Below are positions 31,482 through 39,478 of a stretch of 64,000 nt of DNA, in pieces. A program made the position numbers and the translations under genes. This DNA is from Parvibaculum sp. (GTDB lineage: Bacteria; Pseudomonadota; Alphaproteobacteria; Parvibaculales; Parvibaculaceae), in NCBI RefSeq assembly GCF_002694985.1, contig NZ_NZNS01000010.1; one strand, 5' to 3'. The notes beneath the pieces are model-generated. The model was not told the DNA's origin. It made no database searches and was given only the letters and a program-made list of their open reading frames with translations. Each line of letters begins with the position of its first letter. Position 1 is the stretch's first letter.

Positions 31482-32951
31482 TCAATCCACAACGAAGCCA
31501 ACCGGCCCCTGCAGCGATTTATCTCCAGGGGTAGCGCCACGGGCGCCATAGGTCGCATTCAGCCGCCCCATGAGGATCGTGTCCATGTCGCTCGCCGGTG
31601 CATATCCGTCAGTCGGCAGAACGAGATTCTTGCGGGAGGTCGGATCGACGAGATAAGGCGTCACGATCACGACAAGCTCTGTTTCGTTTTTCTGATAATC
31701 GCGGCTGCGGAAGAGCTGGCCGAGGACAGGCACATCCTTTGCGCCCGGCACACCGTCGATATTCTGACGCGTGGTGTCCGAGAGAAGACCGGCCATGACG
31801 ATCGATCCGCCGCTCGGCAGTTCGAGCGTGGTTTCCGCGCGACGAACCTTGAGCGCCGGAACGGTAACGCCGTCAACACCGCCGCCCTGCAAGACATAGG
31901 CGCCATCGGAAGAAAGCTCGCTCACTTCGGTCGATATCTTGAGGCTGATACGGCCTTCACTCAGCACGACGGGCGTGAAGTTGAGGCCAACACCGAAGGG
32001 CTTGAATTCAAGCTGCACGTTGCCGTCCTGATCGCGCGAGGCCGGCACGGGGAACTCGCCACCGGCAAGGAACTTCGCTGATTCACCCGAGATCGCCGTC
32101 AGGTTCGGCTCCGCTAGTGTCCGCAGAATGCCATCACGCTCCAGCGCGTTGATTGCGGCCCCGATGGAGCCGTCATTGCCGCTTACCGTCGCGCTCCCGT
32201 CCAGACCGCCAAGCGAGCGGCCTTGGAGGCTCAACGAATTGCTCGTCGCAAGCTGGAGCGCAAGATCGCCGAAGCTCGCCGCACTCGACAGATCGACGCC
32301 AAGCTGTTTGATGACGTTGCGCTGCATTTCCGCAACCGTCACCTTTAGCATCACCTGTTCCTTGCCCTCGATGCCGAGCATGTTGAGCACGTTTTCCTTG
32401 TCGACGCCGATATAGCGGGCCGCGAGATCCTGTGCCTTGCTCGCCTCGGTGGCGCTCGCGACCATGCCTGAGAGCACGACATGATCGTTTATCGATTCCA
32501 CATCGATCCGAGCGGCCGGGAAATACTGTCGCAGCGAATCGCGAAGACCCTTCAGATCACGCGCGACACGAATTTCCAGGTTGAGAATCTGCCGGCCGTT
32601 CTCGTTGAAGAAAAACGCATTGGTCTGCCCGACCGCGAGGCCGATCAGGTAGGTCCGCTTGTTCGTGCGCACCACCGCGTCGACAATTGCCGGATTCGAA
32701 ACCAGTACATCGCGCGCGGCAACGGGAAGTTCCACGATGGCGGCCTTGTTGAGCCCCAGCACGATGCTGCGAGAAGCCTGGCCGACGCCACCCTGATCGA
32801 TTTTGACGAGGCGCGCGTCACCCGCGTGCAAACTTCCGCCCAGCGGCAAGAAAGCGAGCCCAATGGTGCACAAGACCGCAGCGGCATGCCGGAAATTCCG
32901 GCCCTCCCGTGCGGCGCATACCGCCTTCAGCTTGTTCCACATCCTGTTCAT
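31482..32951 (-). CDS. cpaC: Outer-membrane secretin CpaC/RcpA
   Basis: 489 aa. A pilus N-domain (AIVELPVAARDVLVSNPAIVDAVV) is followed by a secretin C-domain (VMAGLLSDTTRQNIDGVPGAKDVPVLGQLFRS). Confidence 0.92.
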   Translation of the reverse strand: MNRMWNKLKAVCAAREGRNFRHAAAVLCTIGLAFLPLGGSLHAGDARLVKIDQGGVGQASRSIVLGLNKAAIVELPVAARDVLVSNPAIVDAVVRTNKRTYLIGLAVGQTNAFFFNENGRQILNLEIRVARDLKGLRDSLRQYFPAARIDVESINDHVVLSGMVASATEASKAQDLAARYIGVDKENVLNMLGIEGKEQVMLKVTVAEMQRNVIKQLGVDLSSAASFGDLALQLATSNSLSLQGRSLGGLDGSATVSGNDGSIGAAINALERDGILRTLAEPNLTAISGESAKFLAGGEFPVPASRDQDGNVQLEFKPFGVGLNFTPVVLSEGRISLKISTEVSELSSDGAYVLQGGGVDGVTVPALKVRRAETTLELPSGGSIVMAGLLSDTTRQNIDGVPGAKDVPVLGQLFRSRDYQKNETELVVIVTPYLVDPTSRKNLVLPTDGYAPASDMDTILMGRLNATYGARGATPGDKSLQGPVGFVVD

Positions 32952-32965
32952 GCCCGGTCCCTCGC

Positions 32966-33745
32966 CTACTTCACACGTACGGATTGCGTGGTGCCGTAGC
33001 GCACAATTTTCACTACCGATCCGCTCGATTTCCGGATCTGATCTTCCGTACCGGCCAGATCGCGGTCGCTCATGCTACGGAGCGAGAGCGAGAGCATGCC
33101 GCCTGCCTGCGCAACCGAGATGAGTTCGACCTGCCCGGGCGTGAGCTCAAGCGTTGCCGTCCGGCCGACCGCAACCTGCTCGCCCGCCTTCTCGTTGAAG
33201 CGCTGATCGATCGCGAGGACACGGATATTGCGGAGAATGGTCTGTCCCTTCTCCACGTCGATCACATCCACCCGGTCGTTCGGGAGGATGAAACCGCCCG
33301 CGCTCGTTTCCGGTTCGATTCTGATTGCCGCGGCGCGCATACCCGGATCGATCAGAGCCGACATGAAGCCCGCACCAGTAAGCGTCACCAGCTTGTCGAG
33401 CGTAACCGGCTCTCCGCTCAGCAAGGCCGAACGAGCAACGCTGTCGGTAAACTCCTCGATCGCGGTCGGCTTTTGCACACGCGAGATATAGGCCGGATTC
33501 ATCGCATCTTCAGGCCAGCGCTGCCAGCGCAGGTCGGAGGACGATACGCGCTGGCCGACATCAAGATTGTTGACGGCAACGAGAACTTCGGCCGTCGGCT
33601 CCTCGACAACTTGCTTCACAGGCTGTTCGGTATCGGACGACATGAGCCCGCGCGCGAGCAACGCTGCGAGACCCGCGGCGACGAGCGCCAGAACCAGAAC
33701 TCCAATGCGTGCAGCGTTCACTTGTCTAACCCTTTCGTTCCGCAT
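32966..33745 (-). CDS. cpaB: Flp pilus assembly protein CpaB/RcpC
   Basis: 259 aa with an N-terminal TM helix and a SAF-like domain. Position lies between cpaA and cpaC. Confidence 0.8.
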   Translation of the reverse strand: MRNERVRQVNAARIGVLVLALVAAGLAALLARGLMSSDTEQPVKQVVEEPTAEVLVAVNNLDVGQRVSSSDLRWQRWPEDAMNPAYISRVQKPTAIEEFTDSVARSALLSGEPVTLDKLVTLTGAGFMSALIDPGMRAAAIRIEPETSAGGFILPNDRVDVIDVEKGQTILRNIRVLAIDQRFNEKAGEQVAVGRTATLELTPGQVELISVAQAGGMLSLSLRSMSDRDLAGTEDQIRKSSGSVVKIVRYGTTQSVRVK

Positions 33746-33778
33746 CCCCGGCTTCGTGCCGCAGACGCTCCTTCCAAA

Positions 33779-34288
33779 TCAAACAGCATGTGCCGCTGCC
33801 TCAAACCAGACGGTCTGCGGAAAAACCATCAGCCCGCCCATCGCGAGCGCGACACCGTAAGGAATGCCTTCCTTGCGATCGTGAAGTCTTGCAATCCAGT
33901 CCTGGCGCAACATGAAGAGCGGCAATGGCAGCGAGCGGAACGCCAGCACGAGAAGCGTGAGGATGCCGCCGAAGACCGACGCGAGGAGGAGATAGACGAG
34001 AAGGTCACTCATCCCGACCCAGAGCATCGTCGCCGCGACGAACTTTGCATCGCCTCCGCCGATCCAGCCAAAGGCAAAGAGCCCCATTCCCACGAGAAGC
34101 ATCAACACGCCCGCCGCCACATGAAGACCCATCGCCTGCCAGGTCAGGCCCACGAACGGCACAAGCGCCGCGAATGCCGCCGCCAGCGCGAGCGTCAGCA
34201 GGTTCGGGATGGTCATCGTCGTCAGATCCCACAAGGCGCCGAAAATCATGGCGAGCGGGAAGACGGCTAGAAGGAGCATGCTCATCAC
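33779..34288 (-). CDS. cpaA: Prepilin peptidase CpaA/TadV (A24 family)
   Basis: 169-aa polytopic protein. It has an Asp in FGALWDL and the GGGDAKF motif typical of A24 aspartic peptidases. Confidence 0.88.
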   Translation of the reverse strand: MMSMLLLAVFPLAMIFGALWDLTTMTIPNLLTLALAAAFAALVPFVGLTWQAMGLHVAAGVLMLLVGMGLFAFGWIGGGDAKFVAATMLWVGMSDLLVYLLLASVFGGILTLLVLAFRSLPLPLFMLRQDWIARLHDRKEGIPYGVALAMGGLMVFPQTVWFEAAAHAV

Positions 34289-34441
34289 GGCAGACGCCTA
34301 GTTTCCCAAGGGCCGAATTGACCCGCACAGAAAGCCCCATGCCTTCTCGTGCTGTGGGATAGTGGGCGCGGGACCGTAAATTTGGAGTAAATGGAGGTTC
34401 AAAATGAGCCGGAATTGCTTGTACCGGAAGGAGCAATGCTC

Positions 34442-34480
34442 AAAAAGAAAGCCGCCAAGGTGCGAATGACCTTGGCGGCT
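34442..34480 (-). terminator. Rho-independent terminator immediately downstream of the pilin gene
   Basis: Minus strand reads AGCCGCCAAGG-tcattcgca-CCTTGGCGGCT followed by TTCTTTTT. Confidence 0.85.
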
Positions 34481-34523
34481 CTGAACTTGCGGCATCCTAA
34501 GGCAATGCCGCTATCGCAGTTGC

Positions 34524-34706
34524 TTACTCGCCCTCGCCCTCGCCGGCGATCGCGGCAGCAATATCGTTGAACTGCGTGTCCAGATTCGTGCCCACGAGCT
34601 GAACAGCCCCGATGATCACAACCGCAATACCGGCGGCGATCAGACCGTACTCGATCGCGGTTGCGCCGGACTCATTCTTCGCAAAAGACTTCAGAAACTG
34701 GCCCAT
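34524..34706 (-). CDS. flp: Flp-family type IVb/c pilin
   Basis: 60 aa. Leader MGQFLKSFAKNESG, then ATAIEYGLIAAGIAV (Flp motif G/xTAIEYGLI). GAAGGAGG Shine-Dalgarno sequence upstream. Confidence 0.93.
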   Translation of the reverse strand: MGQFLKSFAKNESGATAIEYGLIAAGIAVVIIGAVQLVGTNLDTQFNDIAAAIAGEGEGE

Positions 34707-34970
34707 AACAAGCCTCCTTCAATTCATTGACTGTCGACAGCACCTAACCTGACGGACATCAAAGCCGCCGGGCGTCCTTTCGGACTGGAGGCAAGATTAG
34801 ACGGATACCCTTACTCAATTGCTAATGAATACTCTAGAACCCTTCCTCTCTTTATTCGCACTTTGAGTATATCCGAAGTCTAGTTGGAAATAATACTGTG
34901 CCCAAACGATATAAATGCAATATCTCTATTTGGACGCTGAATATCTGACCAAAACCGATTTAGAATAGCG

Positions 34971-34985
34971 TTAATTGCAGGTTAA
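34971..34985. promoter_or_regulatory. Perfect CtrA-type box TTAA-N7-TTAA upstream of the pilin gene
   Basis: Sequence TTAATTGCAGGTTAA in an AT-rich gap, about 265 bp upstream of the flp ATG. Confidence 0.5.
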
Positions 34986-35093
34986 GATGCCTTGGAAACT
35001 TCCTTCACCGGGCATTTGCCGCGCCGGCTGGTCGCCCTTCACTTTCCAGCTACTTTTGTGCCTCATTTTGAGCCGGAACAGTTTTATTCAAGC

Positions 35094-35837
35094 TCATTCA
35101 CACAAGGCCTTTAGCGCCGCTTCATCAGCGACGATGAGCCCTGGATAATCGCGACTCGCTATGCCCTTGCGCACCAGCTCGGCGATCGCGCGAGCCACGA
35201 CTTCTTCGGTGGTATCGACGCGGGCGGCAAGTACCCGGTGGCGTGGAAGGCGGTCTATGCGCAAGCACTCGCCTCCCTCGACGTCCCGCTGCGGTTCGGC
35301 CAGAGCCAGAAGTTCTTTATAGACCCGCTGGGTGCCGGTCCCTTCGAGCGCATTTCCACTGGCTTCCAATGAGGGCGCGCCGGCCTCTTTGGCCCGCAGC
35401 AGCCGCGCGTATTGGCACAAGAGCGCCCGCGAAACCGATTCTTCGCGTGAGAGAAGTTCAAGAAAGCGCTTTTCCGGCAAAGTGGCGATGAGTCCCGCTT
35501 CCCGGGCGACCGCTGTGAGGTCTGTTTCGACCACACCAAGGGCAGCCATTTCCCCGAACTGCCCTCCGGCATTGACGTCTGTATAGGCAATACGTCCAGC
35601 ATTTCCCATGCTGCGTGCGAGACGAACCGAACCTTCGACGACGAATATGACGCCGTCCATGTCGCCGGGCTGTGCAAGGCTGAGGATGATTTCGTTTTCG
35701 GCGACGGCGCGCCACTCGCATTCGACCGCAAGGAGAGTGAGCTCGCGAGAAGGAAGCGACGAAAGAACATGGATGCCAGCGAGGGAACCCGTGTGAGCGG
35801 ACGTGACATTCTGTCCGCTATGCGCCTCGCGTTTCAT
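35094..35837 (-). CDS. Crp/Fnr-family transcriptional regulator (cNMP-binding-like domain + C-terminal HTH)
   Basis: Beta-roll with the GQFGEMAAL motif and a C-terminal HTH (RVLAARVDTTEEVVARAIAELVRKGI). Confidence 0.75.
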   Translation of the reverse strand: MKREAHSGQNVTSAHTGSLAGIHVLSSLPSRELTLLAVECEWRAVAENEIILSLAQPGDMDGVIFVVEGSVRLARSMGNAGRIAYTDVNAGGQFGEMAALGVVETDLTAVAREAGLIATLPEKRFLELLSREESVSRALLCQYARLLRAKEAGAPSLEASGNALEGTGTQRVYKELLALAEPQRDVEGGECLRIDRLPRHRVLAARVDTTEEVVARAIAELVRKGIASRDYPGLIVADEAALKALCE

Positions 35838-35884
35838 CTGTTTCGTACTCCTCGACTGCTCTCGCGTAACCTAGTGTGCCGCAT

Positions 35885-35899
35885 TTAATCTCCCGTTAA
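35885..35899. promoter_or_regulatory. Perfect CtrA-type box TTAA-N7-TTAA in the divergent crp-like / pilus-N-domain gene promoter region
   Basis: Sequence TTAATCTCCCGTTAA, lying between the start at 35837 (-) and the start at 35973 (+). Confidence 0.5.
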
Positions 35900-35972
35900 A
35901 TTCCCGCTGCGAGGCTTACGGTCAACAGATCCTTTACTCCTAGGGCATAGGCTCCATGGGAACCGGCGCATC

Positions 35973-36515
35973 ATGCGCCAGACCAGCCGCAAGGAAGGCA
36001 GCAATACGATGCGTGCTTACCGGACCAAGAAAAAAGCCCTGCGCCGTATACTTATCGGTGCCGGTTGCGCCGCCCTCGTTGCGAGCGCTGCACAAGCCAA
36101 CGATTTCAAGGTGGCGTTGAACGAGACGAAGGCACTGCATCTCGGAACGCCGGTTTCCACCGTTATCGTCGGGAACCCGGCGATTGCAGACGTGAGTGTT
36201 GAAGGCTCCAGGCTTCTGTATGTCATCGGGAGGAGCTTCGGAACGACCAATCTCGTCGCTACCGACAGCGACGGCAGAGCCGTTCTCGATCTCGATGTAA
36301 GTGTTACCTCCCAAAGCGCCTCGACAGTCACGCTTACACGCGGGCCCGGCGGCCAGCTTTCCTACAACTGTACACCACGATGCGAGCGCATCGCCGGCGT
36401 AGGCGACAACCCGGATTCCTATGATGCCCTGATGAAGCAGGTTGCCGGTGCGCTGGGCGCTGGCGCCAGTGCGGCTCAGAACTCTACAGGCGGACAGACA
36501 GGCCTGGCCGAATAG
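35973..36515 (+). CDS. Pilus formation protein N-terminal domain protein (secretin-N-like, stand-alone)
   Basis: Signal peptide, then LHLGTPVSTVIVGNPAIADVSVEGSRLLYVIGRSFGTTNLV, which mirrors the N-domain of CpaC. Start is 35973 or 36009. Confidence 0.7.
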   Translation: MRQTSRKEGSNTMRAYRTKKKALRRILIGAGCAALVASAAQANDFKVALNETKALHLGTPVSTVIVGNPAIADVSVEGSRLLYVIGRSFGTTNLVATDSDGRAVLDLDVSVTSQSASTVTLTRGPGGQLSYNCTPRCERIAGVGDNPDSYDALMKQVAGALGAGASAAQNSTGGQTGLAE

Positions 36516-36538
36516 AAAGCTTCGATATTTCCGGATGA

Positions 36539-36566
36539 CAAAGGCCGCCCCACGGGGCGGCCTTTC
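36539..36566. terminator. Bidirectional terminator
   Basis: AAAGGCCGCCCC-ac-GGGGCGGCCTTT hairpin between convergent genes. Confidence 0.75.
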
Positions 36567-36592
36567 CGTTTACGGCTTCAAACTGCCACCCG

Positions 36593-37894
36593 CTATCGGC
36601 TGATACGCAGGTTCGACAGCGACTGGGCGATGGAGGCGAAGACCGAAGTCAGTTCGCTCGCCGAGCTTACGCTGAAGTACATGCTTGTCTCGGTTGCGCA
36701 ATTGCGGATGAGCGATGCATTGCCATCAATTACGCGGATCGAATAAACTTGGATACCGCTCGCCTTGATGTTTGCGCAGATCGATGTCGTGCGTGCATTG
36801 ATCGTGCTGGAATTGTTGCTCCAGCGGTTCAGCGTATTGTCGCCGTCGGTAAGGAACACGATCACCTTGTCGAGATCGTCGGCATACGCTGCCGCCGTCG
36901 ACAGGGGATGTCCCGGCGTCAGCATGTTCCATCCCCAGGCAAGGCCGATCGTGGTGTTCGTATTCCCGGCCGGCACCATGTTGTCGATATGCGCCTTCAG
37001 TGCCGTCCAATCATAGGAGAGCGGCATGATCGTCTGAAGGCTGCACTCTCCGTTGTCTTTGTCACTGTTGCTTGCAGGGTAGCGTGTCGCGTCCGATCCG
37101 CCGCTGGTCGACGGAGGCAACGTGTTCTGTGCATCGTAGCTCTGGTCGCGATCCATGATGCAACCGTCCCAGCCTGCGTGAGGGTTCGAGTTGCACTTGC
37201 CTGTCAAAATCTCCCACCAGCTGCAGCCGCCACCACCCCAGCCGCCTCCATTGCTTGTGGGGGTAAACTCATCCCACCTGATCCAGGTGGCACTCTCGTA
37301 GGATGTCCCGACATTAACATCGACGTTGAACGGAACGATCGCCACCTTAACGTCACCGGGATTCAGCGCCGCGCCCCCGACCGTGTCGATCAAGTCTTTT
37401 GAGGCCGCTTTCAGAACGGTCAGACGGCCGCCGGAATTCATTGAGCCGGTATTGTCGAGAACCAGGGCAACTTCGAGCTTCTTGCCCATTCGCGTAACCT
37501 GGGATGAAGCGCCGACATTGAGCGTATTGATGCCGACAACGCCCATGATGGAGGTCGGAAGTTCGGCCGCAGCACTTAGTATCACCTCATTGCCGCTCTG
37601 AACGACGCTGACGGAGCCGGGCACACCAAGCTTGTCGGTGGGATAATTTGCATCGAAATAGGCTTGGGCCATTGCCTCGATTTCGCTCTGCGACCTGCCG
37701 GTCATGCCGCCAACGGCAAGCGCCGCAGCATCAAGCGCCGCCTTCAGCCGGTTCTCGACTATATAGGCCCGGGAAATATCGACGGCGGCACCCGCAGCAA
37801 TGAGAATCGGGATCGCGGCAATCGCAAAGATTATCGCGAAATTGCCACGACGGTCCGCCAGGAAGCTGAAAAAGAGAGCTTTCAGGGAGCTCAT
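36593..37894 (-). CDS. tadG: TadG-like pseudopilin with von Willebrand factor A domain
   Basis: N-terminus LADRRGNFAIIFAIAAIPILIAAGAAVDISRAY (TadE/G-like). A vWA region contains the MIDAS-like LVLDNTGSM. Confidence 0.8.
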   Translation of the reverse strand: MSSLKALFFSFLADRRGNFAIIFAIAAIPILIAAGAAVDISRAYIVENRLKAALDAAALAVGGMTGRSQSEIEAMAQAYFDANYPTDKLGVPGSVSVVQSGNEVILSAAAELPTSIMGVVGINTLNVGASSQVTRMGKKLEVALVLDNTGSMNSGGRLTVLKAASKDLIDTVGGAALNPGDVKVAIVPFNVDVNVGTSYESATWIRWDEFTPTSNGGGWGGGGCSWWEILTGKCNSNPHAGWDGCIMDRDQSYDAQNTLPPSTSGGSDATRYPASNSDKDNGECSLQTIMPLSYDWTALKAHIDNMVPAGNTNTTIGLAWGWNMLTPGHPLSTAAAYADDLDKVIVFLTDGDNTLNRWSNNSSTINARTTSICANIKASGIQVYSIRVIDGNASLIRNCATETSMYFSVSSASELTSVFASIAQSLSNLRISR

Positions 37895-38096
37895 GGATAT
37901 TGATCCGCCCTTGGTTGCCGTTGCGCGGCTAAAGCCCGGCGCATAGCAGGTAAATGTGCACCATCTTTTTTAACGGCCTGCTCGTTAAGAAGAGATGAAT
38001 CCTGGCGCGTGCCGGCGCGCGGTTACCTTTTGGTAACGGCGAAAGCAGTATCAAGAAAACTGCGCCACGCATATTTTCAGGGCGCGAGGGCAGCCC

Positions 38097-38672
38097 ATGA
38101 GCGAGCAGGATCGAGATACGGTCAATAAAACGCGCTTCCCGTTCTTCTTCGGGCGCCGCTTTGCGCGCGCCGAGAGCGGTGCCACCGCCGTGGAATTCGC
38201 CCTTCTCGGCATTCCCTTCTTCGCTCTTCTATTCGCCCTCATCGAAGTCTGTATAATCTATTTTGCGACAGCCAACCTCGACAGCGTGGTGGCCGAGGCC
38301 GGGCGGCTCATCCGTACCGGGCAGGTTCAGTCGACCGGGATGTCCGAAGCGCAGTTCAAAAACTATATCTGCGACGAGTTGGCGCTCATCAATGATTGCG
38401 AGTCGAACCTGCACGTCGATGTTCGCAACTTCACTTCCTTCAGCAGCCTCACCTATCTGCCGTTGATCGACGAGGACGGAAACATCGTCGACAGCACCGT
38501 TTTCCAGCCGGGCAAAGCGGGCGATGTCGTGCTCGTGAACGCCTACTATTCCTACGGCGTGGTCAGCCCCGGTATGGTCGGACTTTCCAATCTCGAGGGT
38601 GGCGGGCGCTTGATCGCTGCGGCTGTTGCATTCCGCAACGAGCCGTTCGACAGCATTCTGCCGACGAGCTGA
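38097..38672 (+). CDS. tadE: TadE-like pseudopilin
   Basis: Processing motif AESG/ATAVEFALLGIPFFALLFALIEV. Confidence 0.8.
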   Translation: MSEQDRDTVNKTRFPFFFGRRFARAESGATAVEFALLGIPFFALLFALIEVCIIYFATANLDSVVAEAGRLIRTGQVQSTGMSEAQFKNYICDELALINDCESNLHVDVRNFTSFSSLTYLPLIDEDGNIVDSTVFQPGKAGDVVLVNAYYSYGVVSPGMVGLSNLEGGGRLIAAAVAFRNEPFDSILPTS

Positions 38673-38684
38673 GGGAGGGCGGCT

Positions 38685-39251
38685 ATGATGGAGATGCCGG
38701 AATCGACACGCAGCGCCGGAAACAAAGGCATTCTCGGCCGGATATTCAGCGATCGCCGCGGCGTTTCGGCGGTCGAGTTCGCATTGATCTTTCCACTGAT
38801 GATTGCGTTTTATTTCGGTGCAATCGAAAGCACCAACATGCTGACGGCGAACCGGCGCGTTACCTCCGTCGCTTATACCGCCGCCGATATCACGGCTCAG
38901 GCTATCTCCATCGGCGACGCCGACATGACGGATATTTTCACAGCCAGCTCCGCCATCCTTCGTCCCTTCAGCACCACGCCTCTCTCGATTCGCATCTCGA
39001 GCGTTGTCGCCAATTCGAACGGTGTGAACAAGGTCGCCTGGAGCGACGGCTACCAGATCGCCGGCCGGTCCGTGAACTCGACCATGACGCTTCCGGCGGG
39101 CCTGACCACCCCTGGCACCAGCGTCATCGTGGCAGAAGTCGTCTATGAATACTCCTCGCCCATCAGCAAAACAGTGACCGACACGATCACCTTCAGCGAC
39201 ACGGCCTATCTGAAACCGCGGCGCACGGCGCAGATCGTCAGAACAAACTGA
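38685..39251 (+). CDS. TadE/TadF-like pseudopilin
   Basis: DRRG/VSAVEFALIFPLMIAFYFGAIE. Its last 61 nt lie inside direct-repeat copy 1. Confidence 0.8.
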   Translation: MMEMPESTRSAGNKGILGRIFSDRRGVSAVEFALIFPLMIAFYFGAIESTNMLTANRRVTSVAYTAADITAQAISIGDADMTDIFTASSAILRPFSTTPLSIRISSVVANSNGVNKVAWSDGYQIAGRSVNSTMTLPAGLTTPGTSVIVAEVVYEYSSPISKTVTDTITFSDTAYLKPRRTAQIVRTN

Positions 39252-39340
39252 CCAACCGCCTATCGGCCCGCAAAAGCACTGCGGGACCTACATTAACCAT
39301 GATTGGCGGGCGCATGTAGCATTTCTGCCGCAGCCCGCGA
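39191..39340. repeat. Direct repeat copy 1 (about 150 bp): 3-prime end of the pseudopilin gene plus about 90 bp downstream
   Basis: Hand alignment to 43603..43753 gives about 12 differences including a 1-nt indel (about 92% identity). Confidence 0.9.
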
Positions 39341-39478
39341 TGCCCTGGAAAGCATCTCGCGCCGCGGGCTGGCATGGGGGTTGGCGGGAGAGTACGCGCC
39401 GTCCCGTGCTGTTTGCCTCCGACTCCGATCAGGGGTTGGGCTGCCGATAATCGGCGCCAAGAGCCGGCTTCACTGACC

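Noticed and set aside
34289-35093. Additional small flp pilin genes (<60 aa) in the gaps flanking the pilin gene.
   Set aside because: No AIEYGL-type coding sequence was visible on either strand in these gaps.
37966-37995. TTAACGGCCTGCTCGTTAA in the tadG/tadE intergenic region as a third CtrA box.
   Set aside because: The spacer is 11 nt rather than 7, so it does not fit the CtrA full-site geometry.
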